Part shown: positions 1 to 10,241 of the stretch, piece after piece | How positions within the stretch are numbered: position 1 is the stretch's first letter | How the letters are laid out: each line of letters begins with the position of its first letter | Source of the DNA: an uncultured delta proteobacterium | Lineage (GTDB): Bacteria; Myxococcota; B64-G9 | Length of the DNA stretch: 64,000 bases | NCBI GenBank assembly: GCA_963754925.1 | Contig: CAVWHX010000003.1 | Coordinates: 576,001 to 640,000 of the forward strand | Reading direction: 5' to 3' | The notes under the pieces: model-generated | Databases searched by the model: none | Told to the model about the DNA's origin: nothing | Seen by the model: the letters and a program-made list of their open reading frames with translations, nothing else | Translations under genes and position numbers: made by a program

Positions 1-429
1 CTCCGGTTTTTGCACCAGAATCTTTGCCGTATCTGGATGTGACATATTCAAGATAAAGTTGCTTTCAACCGGAACGATTACGGATGGAACTCGAAGAACA
101 GCCGAAGACCTACGCTGGACCCAGTCTGTTCCAATCTGCTTTATCTCATCAGGTGGCGGTTCTTGACGCCAGTTTTGCGGCAATCGACTTTTCTCTAGGA
201 TCTCGATCAAATCATCGGGAATCTCTACCCGGAAATTGACGTATTCGAGTCCTCTTCCCGCCTTCGGCAGATGCACAAAAGTTTCCAACGCAGCCAGCGC
301 CAGACTATCAGAAATGTAAACCACAGCGGTCCCTTTGTGGTTCCAGCGGCCGCCGTAACGCCGCGCCCCTTCACCATCAAACGCGGTGGCCTGATGCTTT
401 TTCTTGATTAACCTCCAGGCAACGATCAT
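1..429 (-). CDS. RES-domain toxin (MbcT/ParT-like), 3' end beyond window edge
   Basis: Manual translation (not in ORF track): MIVAWRLIKKKHQATAFDGEGARRYGGRWNHKGTAVVYISDSLALAALETFVHL...WRQEPP...IGTDW...AVLRVPSVIVPVESNFILN. Contains the RES hallmarks GGRWN, ALE and VPS. ATGA overlap with the antitoxin stop. Confidence 0.93.
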   Translation of the reverse strand, partial: MIVAWRLIKKKHQATAFDGEGARRYGGRWNHKGTAVVYISDSLALAALETFVHLPKAGRGLEYVNFRVEIPDDLIEILEKSRLPQNWRQEPPPDEIKQIGTDWVQRRSSAVLRVPSVIVPVESNFILNMSHPDTAKILVQKPE

Positions 430-849
430 GTAAGGATACCGTACTCGATTCGGGATAGCAGATCCTCCACCTCCCGCGCTCCGATCTCGGTGATGAGAAG
501 GTCAAGCGGGATTTGATTGTTCAGTCCTATCTGAGGCGTTGTAAGCCATTCCTGCGCGAGATCGTTATTTTCGAAAACTTCTTTGGCCTTGGTGTAGATA
601 TTTGCGATACGATAGAGCCTGTCTCCCACAGGAACGGGCAGCTTACTTGATCGAGACTTGCGGAAACCGACCGATGGTTTTAGTACTAACGCCTAAAATG
701 GCGGAAAATTGGACATCGGAAATATCAATGACTTCCTTGAATTTATCGATGGTGGACACCGATAAGCCCTTTTCGATGATTTTAGCTATCTCCAATGGGC
801 CACTTTTTTTCCCATGAAGTCCAAGAAGAATACCAATATCTTTGTTCAT
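426..849 (-). CDS. Xre/MbcA/ParS antitoxin, split by an apparent 1-nt indel near 662
   Basis: N-terminal HTH (ILGVSTKTIGR, ORF 643..858) plus C-terminal toxin-binding domain (AKEVFENNDLAQEWLTTPQIGLNNQIPLDLLITEIGAREVEDLLSRIEYG, ORF 426..629). Removing one base in TTTCCG joins them. GGAGG RBS precedes ATG 849. Confidence 0.88.
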
Positions 850-874
850 AATTAGCACCTCCCAGTTGACCTAT

Positions 875-904
875 ATTATATAGACATTTGTCCATAGTTG
901 TCAA
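875..904 (-). promoter_or_regulatory. sigma70 promoter of the xre-res operon with palindromic operator in the spacer
   Basis: Minus strand TTGACA (904-899), 18-nt spacer, TATAAT (880-875). GACA-TT-TGTC palindrome at 883-892. Confidence 0.75.
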
Positions 905-978
905 GTCTATTTAGAGGTCCCCTCAGAAAACGGAAAATAAAGCCTGGCTTTCCGATCGAGTTCGGGCATCGGCTGTTC

Positions 979-2132
979 TTACGGCTTGAACTCCGTCACC
1001 ACCCATTTGCCGCCGCAGGGTCGTATGCTGACCTGGACGTTCTGAGGTTTTTTATCGATGGTGATGGTCACCGTAGTCGAGTCGGCGGTCTGGAGAGCAT
1101 CGAGCTGCAGGGGAGCATCAAAAGCTCCTTTGATGAGCATTTCAGGCACCGTGGCGCTAAACGCCGCCAGGGGAAATGAAAACGCCTTCAGGAGATCCTC
1201 GTACGCTGCTACCGCCTCGGGCACCTTGTGCGCTGACAGTGCATCCTTCACGGCCTTGGCGTTTTGGGTCAGATACTCGGCAAGCGTGGCGCGCGGAGCG
1301 CCGCAGGGTCGGATCACCTGTTGACCATCCGCACCGCCGAGGGCCTCGGCCAGGGCGGCAGAGCCGGCACCCGCGACGGAAAGTTTCAGAGGCCCGGCCG
1401 CTTTAATCCAGGCGTTAGCCACCCCACGCTCAAATACAAACGCTACCATGTCATCGTCGTGGAGCGAACCGTTTTTTATTCCCTGCCACCCTACGGCGGC
1501 CCGTTTAGCGCCGCGCGACACTTCAGCTATCAGCGCGAAGTTGGCACCGGGGTTAGTCCGGGCGATTTCATTCGTCACTGCCTGACGCAATTCAAAGGTC
1601 ATGCCCTCATCGCCAAAGTTCTTTTCAGGCACCGCTGCCGCCGTCGTCTGAGCTGGTTCTTTCTTTTGTTTAAGCGATCCAAAGCTCGACGGGCGATTTC
1701 ACGAACCTCGGGGTCAATGTCCCTCAACCGCTTCTCGAACTCTTCCGGCACACCGGGCGCATCAGGCGCAATCTCCATAAGCGCCTTAAGGATTTCGGCC
1801 CGAATCGCGACGACGTTCTCGCGCGAGACAAGCTTGAGCAATTCGGGAACCACGTCCCGCGCCAGCGGCCCCATTTTACCGAGCACCCCCGCCACCCCTT
1901 GGCGGACAGCCGGGTCTTTTGAGGTGAGCGCGCGGCGCAAATAGGGAAGAGCCGAAGAACCGGCGCGGGCCAACGCATCAGAGGCGTTGGACCGAACCGC
2001 CCAGTCGTCGTGGTGCAACATGCCAATCCAGTAACTGACTTTCTTGCCGTCGATGGTAGGCTCGCTCGTGCAACCCGTCTCAACAAAAATCCCAAGCCCA
2101 ACCAATGCCATCACCAGAACCAATCGACGCAT
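979..2132 (-). CDS. HEAT/PBS-lyase repeat lipoprotein, probably one gene split by an indel near 1670
   Basis: Lipoprotein-like signal (MRRLVLVMALVGLGIFVETGC) and HEAT repeats (VRSNASDALARAG, VRQGVAGVLGKMG, VREIARRAL). The alternative frame KQKKEPAQTTAAAVPEKNF runs straight into ORF 979..1632. Confidence 0.65.
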
Positions 2133-2332
2133 TCAACCCTCCCTTGGGTTCGTTTGCTCTACCATCGAGCCGGTATTCAACACTAATCTTGCCATCAACT
2201 CAACAACTTGATGATATATTCCGATCAAAGACGTCGGCTCGAAACCTAGTCAGTGTAGTAGCAGGTATGTCAAAAGATCAATCGATTTTCGGACGTCAGG
2301 TTGACGTTGCGTTCACTATTGAGGAGAACGAG

Positions 2333-2647
2333 ATGGAGCTCCGATTTATCTACATCACCACAAAAGATCGAGATCAGGCCCGCGCGATCGGACGCGCGCT
2401 GGTCGAGGAGCGCCTCGCGGCGTGCGTCAACATCATTGACGGCGTGAACTCTTTCTACTGGTGGCACGACGCGATCCAGGACGATCACGAGGTCGTTGTG
2501 ATCGCGAAAACTCGCGCCGAGCTGGTGCCAAAGCTGACCGACCGGGTCAAAGCTTTGCACAGTTACCAGGTACCCTGCGTCGTGGCGCTTCCGATTCTCT
2601 CGGGCAACCCGGACTTTCTCAAGTGGATAGAGCAAGAAACCGAGTGA
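2333..2647 (+). CDS. cutA: Divalent-cation tolerance protein CutA
   Basis: LVEERLAACVNI, YWW and HSYQVPCVVALPI motifs; GAGGAG RBS at 2321. Confidence 0.95.
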   Translation: MELRFIYITTKDRDQARAIGRALVEERLAACVNIIDGVNSFYWWHDAIQDDHEVVVIAKTRAELVPKLTDRVKALHSYQVPCVVALPILSGNPDFLKWIEQETE

Positions 2648-2746
2648 ATACGGGACCAAATGACCCACTGCCGGATTTTCCCTTGATTGGCAAGAAAGAA
2701 TCGAGTACGGTTGCATACGGATATAGGGGTTGTCGAGGAGGACATC

Positions 2747-3559
2747 ATGTGCAGGATGCTCGGTGTAATTTGTAACGATGAGGATCTCCTCAGCTGTGCC
2801 ATTCACGAGGTGCGCGACTCCCTTCGGCTGCGCGCCGGTGAAAATTATAGCGGCATTGGCGTCGGAACCTATCAAAATGATGATCCGCTGTTGAAGAAAC
2901 GTCCTAACACCAAGACGGGCGATATCGACTACGAAAACCTGCTCAAAGAGCTTACATCGAATGTGCTTCTGGTTCACGTTGGATACCCCAGCGACGGTGC
3001 ATGGAAGGAAACCAACACGCATCCGTTTCGATTCCGGCGTTGGTTGTTTGCCAACATTGGATCATTTCGTGGGCTTGATCGTCAACGGGAAGATCTCCTT
3101 ACCACGCTGCCATCATTCCTGTCGCGCAACATCCAAGGAGAAACCGGCAGTGAATTGGCCTTCCACCTCTTGCTCAACCGCTTGTTCAAGGAGGGCACGC
3201 TGAACGATCTGGCTATTTCCGCGGTTGGGGTGGGCGATCACGTTCGCGCGTTTGTCGAGGAAATCGATAACCTCCAGCATGATCCCCGCCAGGGCTCGAG
3301 TTTTGCTTTGATAGTTACCAACGGCCAGGTCATGGCCGCCGCCTGTCGCGGTATGACGATGTACTACTCCCACCGTGAGGGAATCCTCGAATGCCGCCAC
3401 AGCGAGGCGACGGGCCTGGAACAACAAAGCCACCGCCGCTTTAAAGGTATCATGTTGGGAGCAGATATGTCTTCGCCTGGCCACCAGTGGCGCGAGGTCG
3501 CCAGCGGCAGTTTGCTGACCATCTCAAAAGCGCTGGAGCTGCGCGTCGAACCTCTGTAA
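2747..3559 (+). CDS. Class II glutamine amidotransferase / Ntn hydrolase (GATase_4, EgtC/YafJ-like)
   Basis: Starts MCRMLG (Cys2 nucleophile); NTHPF and GETGSE motifs; GAGGAG RBS. Confidence 0.85.
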   Translation: MCRMLGVICNDEDLLSCAIHEVRDSLRLRAGENYSGIGVGTYQNDDPLLKKRPNTKTGDIDYENLLKELTSNVLLVHVGYPSDGAWKETNTHPFRFRRWLFANIGSFRGLDRQREDLLTTLPSFLSRNIQGETGSELAFHLLLNRLFKEGTLNDLAISAVGVGDHVRAFVEEIDNLQHDPRQGSSFALIVTNGQVMAAACRGMTMYYSHREGILECRHSEATGLEQQSHRRFKGIMLGADMSSPGHQWREVASGSLLTISKALELRVEPL

Positions 3560-3600
3560 CCCCCTATCGGAGTCATACGCGTGTGACACCGGAGCGCACT

Positions 3601-5157
3601 GTGCAGTATCGGGTAAGGGATGGGCTTCGTGGATGGGCGTTTACCATAGCCCTCTTCAACCTGACCGCGGTACTGGTACCGACCGGCCTGGCGGTTGCGA
3701 TACTTACCGTTACCAATTGGGGGCCCTGGTCGGCCTGCGCGGCAGCCCTGGCCGTGGCTAGCGTAATGGCCATATTTTTGTACGCGTGGATCCGGCGGCG
3801 CGTGATCGTGCCTTTGCAGCGATTGAGCGATGCGGCGCAAACGGTGATCGATGATCCTACGACGCCCGATCTCTTTTCCCAAATACCGGGCGGCCTGGTT
3901 CGGGACTTGGCCGCGATTCTGCAACGGCTGCACGAACGTTTACAACGGCTTGCCGAATGCGATGCCGTAGAAATTCAGAACACCGAACAGATCGGAAGGC
4001 TTAAAGCGGTATTCTCCCAGGCCGCCGGCGGCAACCTCGCACAGCGGGCAGAGACGGCGCCGGGACGTTTTCAGGAACTGGCGCTATCGGCCAACCACCT
4101 GCTGGAATCCCTCGGCCAGCGCTGGCTGTTACTCAACCGCTTTGCCGAGCGCGTCAGACTGGCGGGCGTTCGCCTCCAAACCCTGGCCGCCGAACTGCTC
4201 GGCCCGCCGTATCGGCAGCCACCGGCGCCCGTCCTCGACCCACTGCCAGAGATGCTCCGAGTGAGTATCGAGCGATTGGTCGTCTCGGCCGACACCCTCG
4301 GTCGCGTGCTGGACCCCATACTTTCAAACCGCTTAGCCTCGGGAAAACAGGAACGATTCAACCGCGCACTCAGCTCCGCCTCTACCGGTTTGACCTTTTT
4401 AGCCCAGCGGGCGACGGACCTCGCCCGCGGCGGCAAACGCATCGCCGACGCGCACAAACAAGCAGAGAACCTCGCAACCAACCTGCTCTTATTGATGGAC
4501 GAGAAACCCCAGCCGCAGTTGCGACGCAGTATTGACCGCGCCTCGGCTCTCGAGCGCGACCTGGCTGAATGCGAAACACATTTGACGCACGGAATTGAAT
4601 ATCTGCTGAGCTCGCGCGAGCAACTCGCCACCAGTGTACAGGAATTGGTTGCGCTGTATGGGGATGTCGCCGAACGCCTCCAAACCTGGGAAGCGGCGTG
4701 CGATCAACTTCTGACTATTCGAGAAGGGCTGCGGCAACAGGTCGACTTGGCCCGACCGGTAGGTGCAAGTGTTTCAAACTATCTGAAGCAACTGCAAGGC
4801 GAGCTGAACTCGGTCCACCAGGATTCCCGTGAACGTCGGCAGCGGATCGAGGAGCTGTGCGTCCATACCGAGCAACTTGCCCAGCTCAGTAATGAGCTGT
4901 TGGTGTTGCTCGAACGAGCCGACCTCCCGAACGACTCGCAACCGAAGCCTTCGCCGCAAAAAGACAACACGTCGGTTAGTCCGGCCATCACCGCTACCCA
5001 CGAGCTGATACAGCGCGCCCGGGACGCGGGCATCATCCCCGCGGATAACCTTCACGCAACGCAACCGGCGTCTGGCGATGGGTACGATATTGAGATCAAC
5101 GAGCCCGAAGATGCCCACACACCAAACGGCAAACCAGGGCCGGAGGCGTCTCGATGA
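3601..5157 (+). CDS. Membrane protein with two TM helices, HAMP-like segments and long coiled coil; degenerate MCP-like
   Basis: Two hydrophobic helices, then HAMP-like VIVPLQRLSDAAQ and AAGGNLAQRAE..RFQELALSANHLLESL. Only a remnant ATNLLLL of the MCP hairpin motif. GTG 3601 follows GGAG. Confidence 0.6.
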   Translation: MQYRVRDGLRGWAFTIALFNLTAVLVPTGLAVAILTVTNWGPWSACAAALAVASVMAIFLYAWIRRRVIVPLQRLSDAAQTVIDDPTTPDLFSQIPGGLVRDLAAILQRLHERLQRLAECDAVEIQNTEQIGRLKAVFSQAAGGNLAQRAETAPGRFQELALSANHLLESLGQRWLLLNRFAERVRLAGVRLQTLAAELLGPPYRQPPAPVLDPLPEMLRVSIERLVVSADTLGRVLDPILSNRLASGKQERFNRALSSASTGLTFLAQRATDLARGGKRIADAHKQAENLATNLLLLMDEKPQPQLRRSIDRASALERDLAECETHLTHGIEYLLSSREQLATSVQELVALYGDVAERLQTWEAACDQLLTIREGLRQQVDLARPVGASVSNYLKQLQGELNSVHQDSRERRQRIEELCVHTEQLAQLSNELLVLLERADLPNDSQPKPSPQKDNTSVSPAITATHELIQRARDAGIIPADNLHATQPASGDGYDIEINEPEDAHTPNGKPGPEASR

Positions 5158-6542
5158 GCGCGGCCGGCCAACCGAAACCGGAGTTGGTTGCTGCGTTGAT
5201 CGAAGAGCTTGAACTCGCCGTCAATTGGTTGCATGAGAGCAATCCCCCACCCACAGCGGACGAAGCCCGCGAGCGTTTTAGGACCTTGCGCGAGGCCGCT
5301 ACCGTTGCCGGCGCCTCGGCGATCGACGGCTGGCTGGCCGAATTGGAGAACGAACCGTTCGAAAGCCGTGACAGCGGCGTGTCTCTCGCACGACTGGCGC
5401 AAGCCAGCCGGATGCTGGCGGATCCTTATGCCGATCGAGAGCTCGACTGGTTAGGAGAGAACGCTCGCCTCGCCGGCGAACTGGAATATCTTGCCGCAGA
5501 GTGGCGTTCCGGCAGCGAACGCTTGGGGCAGTTATCCATGTTGTTCGAGCGTTGTGTCACCACCCTCAACGAACGTGAGCGCGCGGACCTATCATCGAAG
5601 CTGACCCAAAAGTTGTGCGAGGAGATACAGGTGCAGCGCATCGCGCAGCGCCGACTGCTCGGGTCGGTCGAGGCGCTGCGCCGATGGGCGCTCGAGTTTT
5701 CACAGGAGTGGGCGGGAGCGCAGCGCGTGTTGGTGGCTCCCCGGCTGGCGGCGTTGCGCGCATGGATGCAACGCGAGGCCAGTCAGCTGCAACTGAACAT
5801 CACGTGGCATATAGGGAACGTTACGGTGGAACGAGACCACGTGGAACCGCTTACCGTCCTGTTACGGGAGCTCTTCAACGGTATTGTATTGGATCGCCAA
5901 GAGCCGCCGCGCCCGTCTCATAAAAAAAACGCCGCTCTTCCGTTGAAACTCGATCTTCGCGGAGAGGAACACGCTCACCTCTTGACGATGGTCATCGAGT
6001 TCGATACCGACGGACAACGTCCGCCATTTTCACCGAGCTCAACCGCGAATCAGGCGCTTACGACATTACGCGGGCGGCTTCTCTCGGAATCCTCGGAGCG
6101 TGTCTGTCGCCTGACGCTCCAGGTGGTGCAGAGCGGCCGGTGCGAGAATGTCGTGCCGGTACATTCACAGGCCGGATTAGTGTTGCTGCCGGTATGGATG
6201 GTAAAAGAGATTTTTTCTTCCCCGCCCGCTGTGCCCGATCCCTGGCCGCGGATCAGTCTGCCGCAAGCTTCACCCGAGACAGCTGCCATCGATGAGGGTG
6301 CTGCTGTGCTGATCGAGATCGGCTCCCTGAAAGGGCTTTTACCGGGACGGGTTACCGGTATGCCGTTTCGGGCGGTGGTCGATCCCCCCACCTCAATCGA
6401 TCCCCCGTGGATCCAGGGACGAGCGCACCTTCACGGCATCATGCGCCCGGTCATGTGCCTGCTTCCCTTTGTGCCGATCGCGGAGCATGGTTGCCGAGTC
6501 TACCCGGCCGACTACTCCCGCCAGGAATATGGCACGAACTAA
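5154..6542 (+). CDS. Degenerate CheA-like protein (Hpt-like, kinase-like and CheW-like segments; catalytic residues not recognisable)
   Basis: Segment order recalls CheA P1-P3-P4-P5 (see finding). ATGA overlap with the MCP-like gene. Confidence 0.5.
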   Translation: MSAAGQPKPELVAALIEELELAVNWLHESNPPPTADEARERFRTLREAATVAGASAIDGWLAELENEPFESRDSGVSLARLAQASRMLADPYADRELDWLGENARLAGELEYLAAEWRSGSERLGQLSMLFERCVTTLNERERADLSSKLTQKLCEEIQVQRIAQRRLLGSVEALRRWALEFSQEWAGAQRVLVAPRLAALRAWMQREASQLQLNITWHIGNVTVERDHVEPLTVLLRELFNGIVLDRQEPPRPSHKKNAALPLKLDLRGEEHAHLLTMVIEFDTDGQRPPFSPSSTANQALTTLRGRLLSESSERVCRLTLQVVQSGRCENVVPVHSQAGLVLLPVWMVKEIFSSPPAVPDPWPRISLPQASPETAAIDEGAAVLIEIGSLKGLLPGRVTGMPFRAVVDPPTSIDPPWIQGRAHLHGIMRPVMCLLPFVPIAEHGCRVYPADYSRQEYGTN

Positions 6543-6565
6543 GCTGCAATCGCCCGGGGAGGGGC

Positions 6566-9320
6566 ATGAAGACACGGCTAGCCAACCTGATTGTTTATCT
6601 GGCGGCACTTATCGTTTCCGCCGAAGCACTCGCCCAGGAAGAGCGCGCACTGAGTTTACTCAATCACCTCGAGACCGGACAAGACGTCACCGACTGGGAA
6701 CGCGCAATGGATTCGTTGGTGGAGTATTCGGATCCAAGAGTCCTTCCGGCCCTACTCAAGCTTCTCGATAGCCCCCTGACGGACGCCCGCGCGGAAAGCG
6801 CCGGCGTTCTTTGGCACTACAACAATGAAGAGATTCGACTGCGGGTACTGCCGCTGCTCAACGATCCCGTTGCAGCAGTGCGTGTCGAGGCGGCAAAATC
6901 CCTGTACCTGATGGGATACACGGCTGCGCTGCCGGTCATTTACGGTGAGTTGACGTCGGCTGATTCGGCCATTCGTGCCAGAGCGTTGCGCGCGCTTCTT
7001 TCCATCAATCCCGATCAAGCCAAAGTTGCCGCTTTCCGAATGCAATCAAGCGGCGAAGTTTCCGATCACGTCTGGGCGGCGTACACGCTGTACCGTTTAG
7101 GCAATCGTCCCGCGCATCAGCTCAAGCTGCTTGCCGCGCTGGCGAGCGCGCTCCCTGCCCCAGCCCGCCTGACGGCGAAACCCGAACCGAGCGAATCGGA
7201 CCTGCGGCGCGCCAAACAAGCCGGTGCCGTTCGGCTTGGCCAGCGCCTCGAGGCTTTCTCGGCGCTGGCGCGCATTCAAGACCCGGCCGCACTCGCCGCA
7301 CTGGCCGAATGCACCGGCGATCTGGCCGCCGCCGACCTTCCCCAGGGACCCCGCTGGCTCCTGGTCCACAGGGGAGACGCCGCTGCACCGGCCCTGGCGC
7401 AGGCACTCGGTCGTACGACGTTCCAAACACGTCTTGGCGCCGCTCAAACCGCCCAGCTGTTAACGTTAACCAGTGAGCAATCGCGACGCCAGCTGGCCCA
7501 GGCTCTGAGCAGGTGCCTTACCGATGGCAGCCGCTTGGTGCGTCTGGCGACCCTCCGGGCCATAGCGATGTTGGCATTGCGTGATCTCACCGAAAGCGTC
7601 ATCGCACTGTTGACGTATCCCGATGCGCCGACGCGCCAGGAAGCCGCGCTGACCTTGGGAAACCTGGATGAGCGTAAAGCGCTGGACGCCTTACTCGCCC
7701 GGATCAACAGCGAAACCGATACTTCCCTGCAGCAGTATCTGTACCGCGGAATAACCGCCCTGCATAGCCCGCGCTCGGCCGAGCCCATGATCGCCCGGTT
7801 GTTAAAGCTTGCGCAGGAAAAACGACCAAACGCTGCGGTACGAACCGAGATCCGGTTTGTCGTCGATGCGCTGGCCTCAGGCAGAGATGCCGCCGCTCTA
7901 AAAATCCTCTCGTTACTGACTCACCTCAAGGGTCGAGAACACACGCTTATGCAGGAAGCACTGGTACGCTCAAACAGCACGCCGGGGCTTGAGTTCTTCC
8001 TCGAGCGGTTACGGGAGGCCCCGCCCCGGCCCGAAAGTGCTGCGGTGCGGTTTTTTGATTATCTCAACGTTGGGTTCAGGGCGCGACTTAAAGAATTGAT
8101 CGAATCCGGAAACCGCCCTCTGGACCCGCGTGATTCTTGCACGCGCCCTGGTTCGTCTCGGTGATGCTTCCTTTGCTCGCGGCATCCTATGGGCCTTGAA
8201 CAACGACGACTCCTACCTACGCGAGTTAGGTGCGGCGTTGGCCGGCGGATTGGACATCCCGGGAGTCTCTGAGCGCCTGATCGCGCTGCTCAATGACACG
8301 TCGCCGATTGCCCACTACGCCGCCCGATCGTTGCTTATGAACAACACACCGCAAAGTATTTCCGGATTGCTTGGTCAACTTTCCCAATCTACCCTGCGTC
8401 GGCGTGACGCCGTGCCATTACGGACCTTCTGGGAAGGTCCTCGATCAACGGCCCATCCGTTCTCGAAGAAGGTGCTGGGGGAGCGTATTTGGGTGCTGTT
8501 CGCAGATAACCGATGGGGGCGTCCCTTCGACCTATTCCTTACCTGGTCGGACGACGGCAAGGGCTGGCATGAGCCGGTTTTTACGGGTCTCACCAGCTTT
8601 TTCGATCCCGACCACCAGGTTGCTCCGCCTACCTTTTCCATCAAAGTCAAGCGGCAGACGATCACCATCGCCCTGACCCGCACCATTGCCCAGGGATCGG
8701 ATGCACAAAACCCTCATTTCAAAACCATCCAGCGGGTACAGAAAAATGATGTACAAGATTTCCTCAACGATCGCGATGGGGACGGTTTGATGGATCTCGA
8801 GGAGCAGGCTATCGGCACCAATCCAGCCAAGCCCGATACCGATGGCGACGGCCTGCCGGACAACCTGGACAAGAATCCCTTAGCCCCACCGGGCGACTTC
8901 AGCCGCGATGATGATACCGTGCAATTGTTGGCGATGAGCTACGCCGTGCTCGTCAAAAACGCGATTCCCCATAACCGGCGGACGCTCACCGTTGCAGTAT
9001 CTCCCGGACAGCGCGCTCTGGAGATTCCCACGTTTCCGGGATTGGTCCTGCACCTCACGGCTGAGCAGATCCACAACCGCTGGCAAGAGACCGGCGCCGG
9101 TTACCCGCGGGTGGCTTTTGATCCACCGTCGTTTTCTTCTGATCGCCTTCACGCCACCCAGTCATTTCGTCTTTGGCAAGACGGCCGCGAGTCAGAGAAC
9201 ATCGCGGTGTCCTTTGGCAAACAAGACGGCGTTTGGACCGTCATCGACTATCGGGAAGAAACCTCGGGGAATATCCCTGCTGGCGAGGAGGTGCGCCGTG
9301 AAAACGCTTATCGTCGTTAA
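6566..9320 (+). CDS. Large exported HEAT-repeat protein with TSP3-like Ca-binding motifs, split by an indel near 8108
   Basis: Signal peptide MKTRLANLIVYLAALIVSAEALA; many HEAT repeats; DRDGDGLMD..GTNPAKPDTDGDGLPD. The frame switch IES/ETALWTRVILARAL joins ORFs 6407..8164 and 8130..9320. Confidence 0.75.
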
Positions 9321-10239
9321 CCCGCATAGCGCCAACCGCGCCACTGGCAAACAATGGCCGGCTATGCGCACCGTCATACGCCACGCGCTCGGCGCCTTTG
9401 AGGAGGCGATAACCGTTGGCCCGGGAGATGCTACCAAGCTGGTGCGCGAAGCTCTCAAAAGTGGTTTTTTGCGCATCATTGCGGTGGGAGGGGACGGCAC
9501 CAACAATGAAGTGGTTAACGGTTTCTTTGATCGGAAGCAACCGATCGCGCCGGATGCACAGCTTGGATTCATTCCGCGCGGAACGGGCGGGGATCTGAGC
9601 AAGACGTTGAAAATCGATAAAGCGCTTGATGCGTGTCTACGCGTGGTTTCCGTGGGAAGGATCCAGGAGGTCGACGTTGGGGCAACCCGCTTTGTCGGCC
9701 ACGACGGCGCCGAGCAGGAGCGCCTCTTTATCAATATCACCAGCTTCGGGCTCGGGGGGCTCGTCGATGCAACGGTCAACGCTTCCTCGAAAATGCTCGG
9801 CGGAAAGATGAGCTTCCTCCTGGGAACCTTCAGAGCGCTTATGGCGTACCACAACAAAACCATACGTTTGAAGGTCGACGACACGCTTAATGATCAAATG
9901 GTGATTAACAATGTCGCGGTTGCCAACGGTCAGTACTTTGGCGGCGGTATGTGGGTGGCGCCTGAGGCCAAGCTCAACGACGGCCTGTTCGATGTGGTAA
10001 TTCTGGGCGACCTGAGCCGCAGCGAAATCATCCGTAAGACCAGCTACATTTACAAGGGCGTTCACTTGCGAATGCCCAAAGTGAATTTCCTCCGCGGGAA
10101 GCACGTCGAAGCGACGTGCGATCAGGAGGTGTTGATCGATATGGATGGTGAGCAGCCTGGCCGATTGCCGATAACGTTAGACGTGCTGCCCCGGGCTCTC
10201 CGGATCATCGCGCCGCCGGTTGAGTCTCACTACGGGTAA
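9298..10239 (+). CDS. Diacylglycerol/lipid kinase, YegS/Rv2252/BmrU family
   Basis: IVVNPHS, GGDGTNNEVVNG, IPRGTG, NGQYFGGGM and DMDGE motifs; GTG after GAGGAGG. Confidence 0.92.
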   Translation: MKTLIVVNPHSANRATGKQWPAMRTVIRHALGAFEEAITVGPGDATKLVREALKSGFLRIIAVGGDGTNNEVVNGFFDRKQPIAPDAQLGFIPRGTGGDLSKTLKIDKALDACLRVVSVGRIQEVDVGATRFVGHDGAEQERLFINITSFGLGGLVDATVNASSKMLGGKMSFLLGTFRALMAYHNKTIRLKVDDTLNDQMVINNVAVANGQYFGGGMWVAPEAKLNDGLFDVVILGDLSRSEIIRKTSYIYKGVHLRMPKVNFLRGKHVEATCDQEVLIDMDGEQPGRLPITLDVLPRALRIIAPPVESHYG

Positions 10240-10241
10240 GG

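Noticed and set aside
2105..2332. N-terminal extensions given by the ORF track for cutA and several other genes
   Set aside because: Downstream starts with clear RBS match family lengths; the extensions overlap promoters or neighbouring genes.
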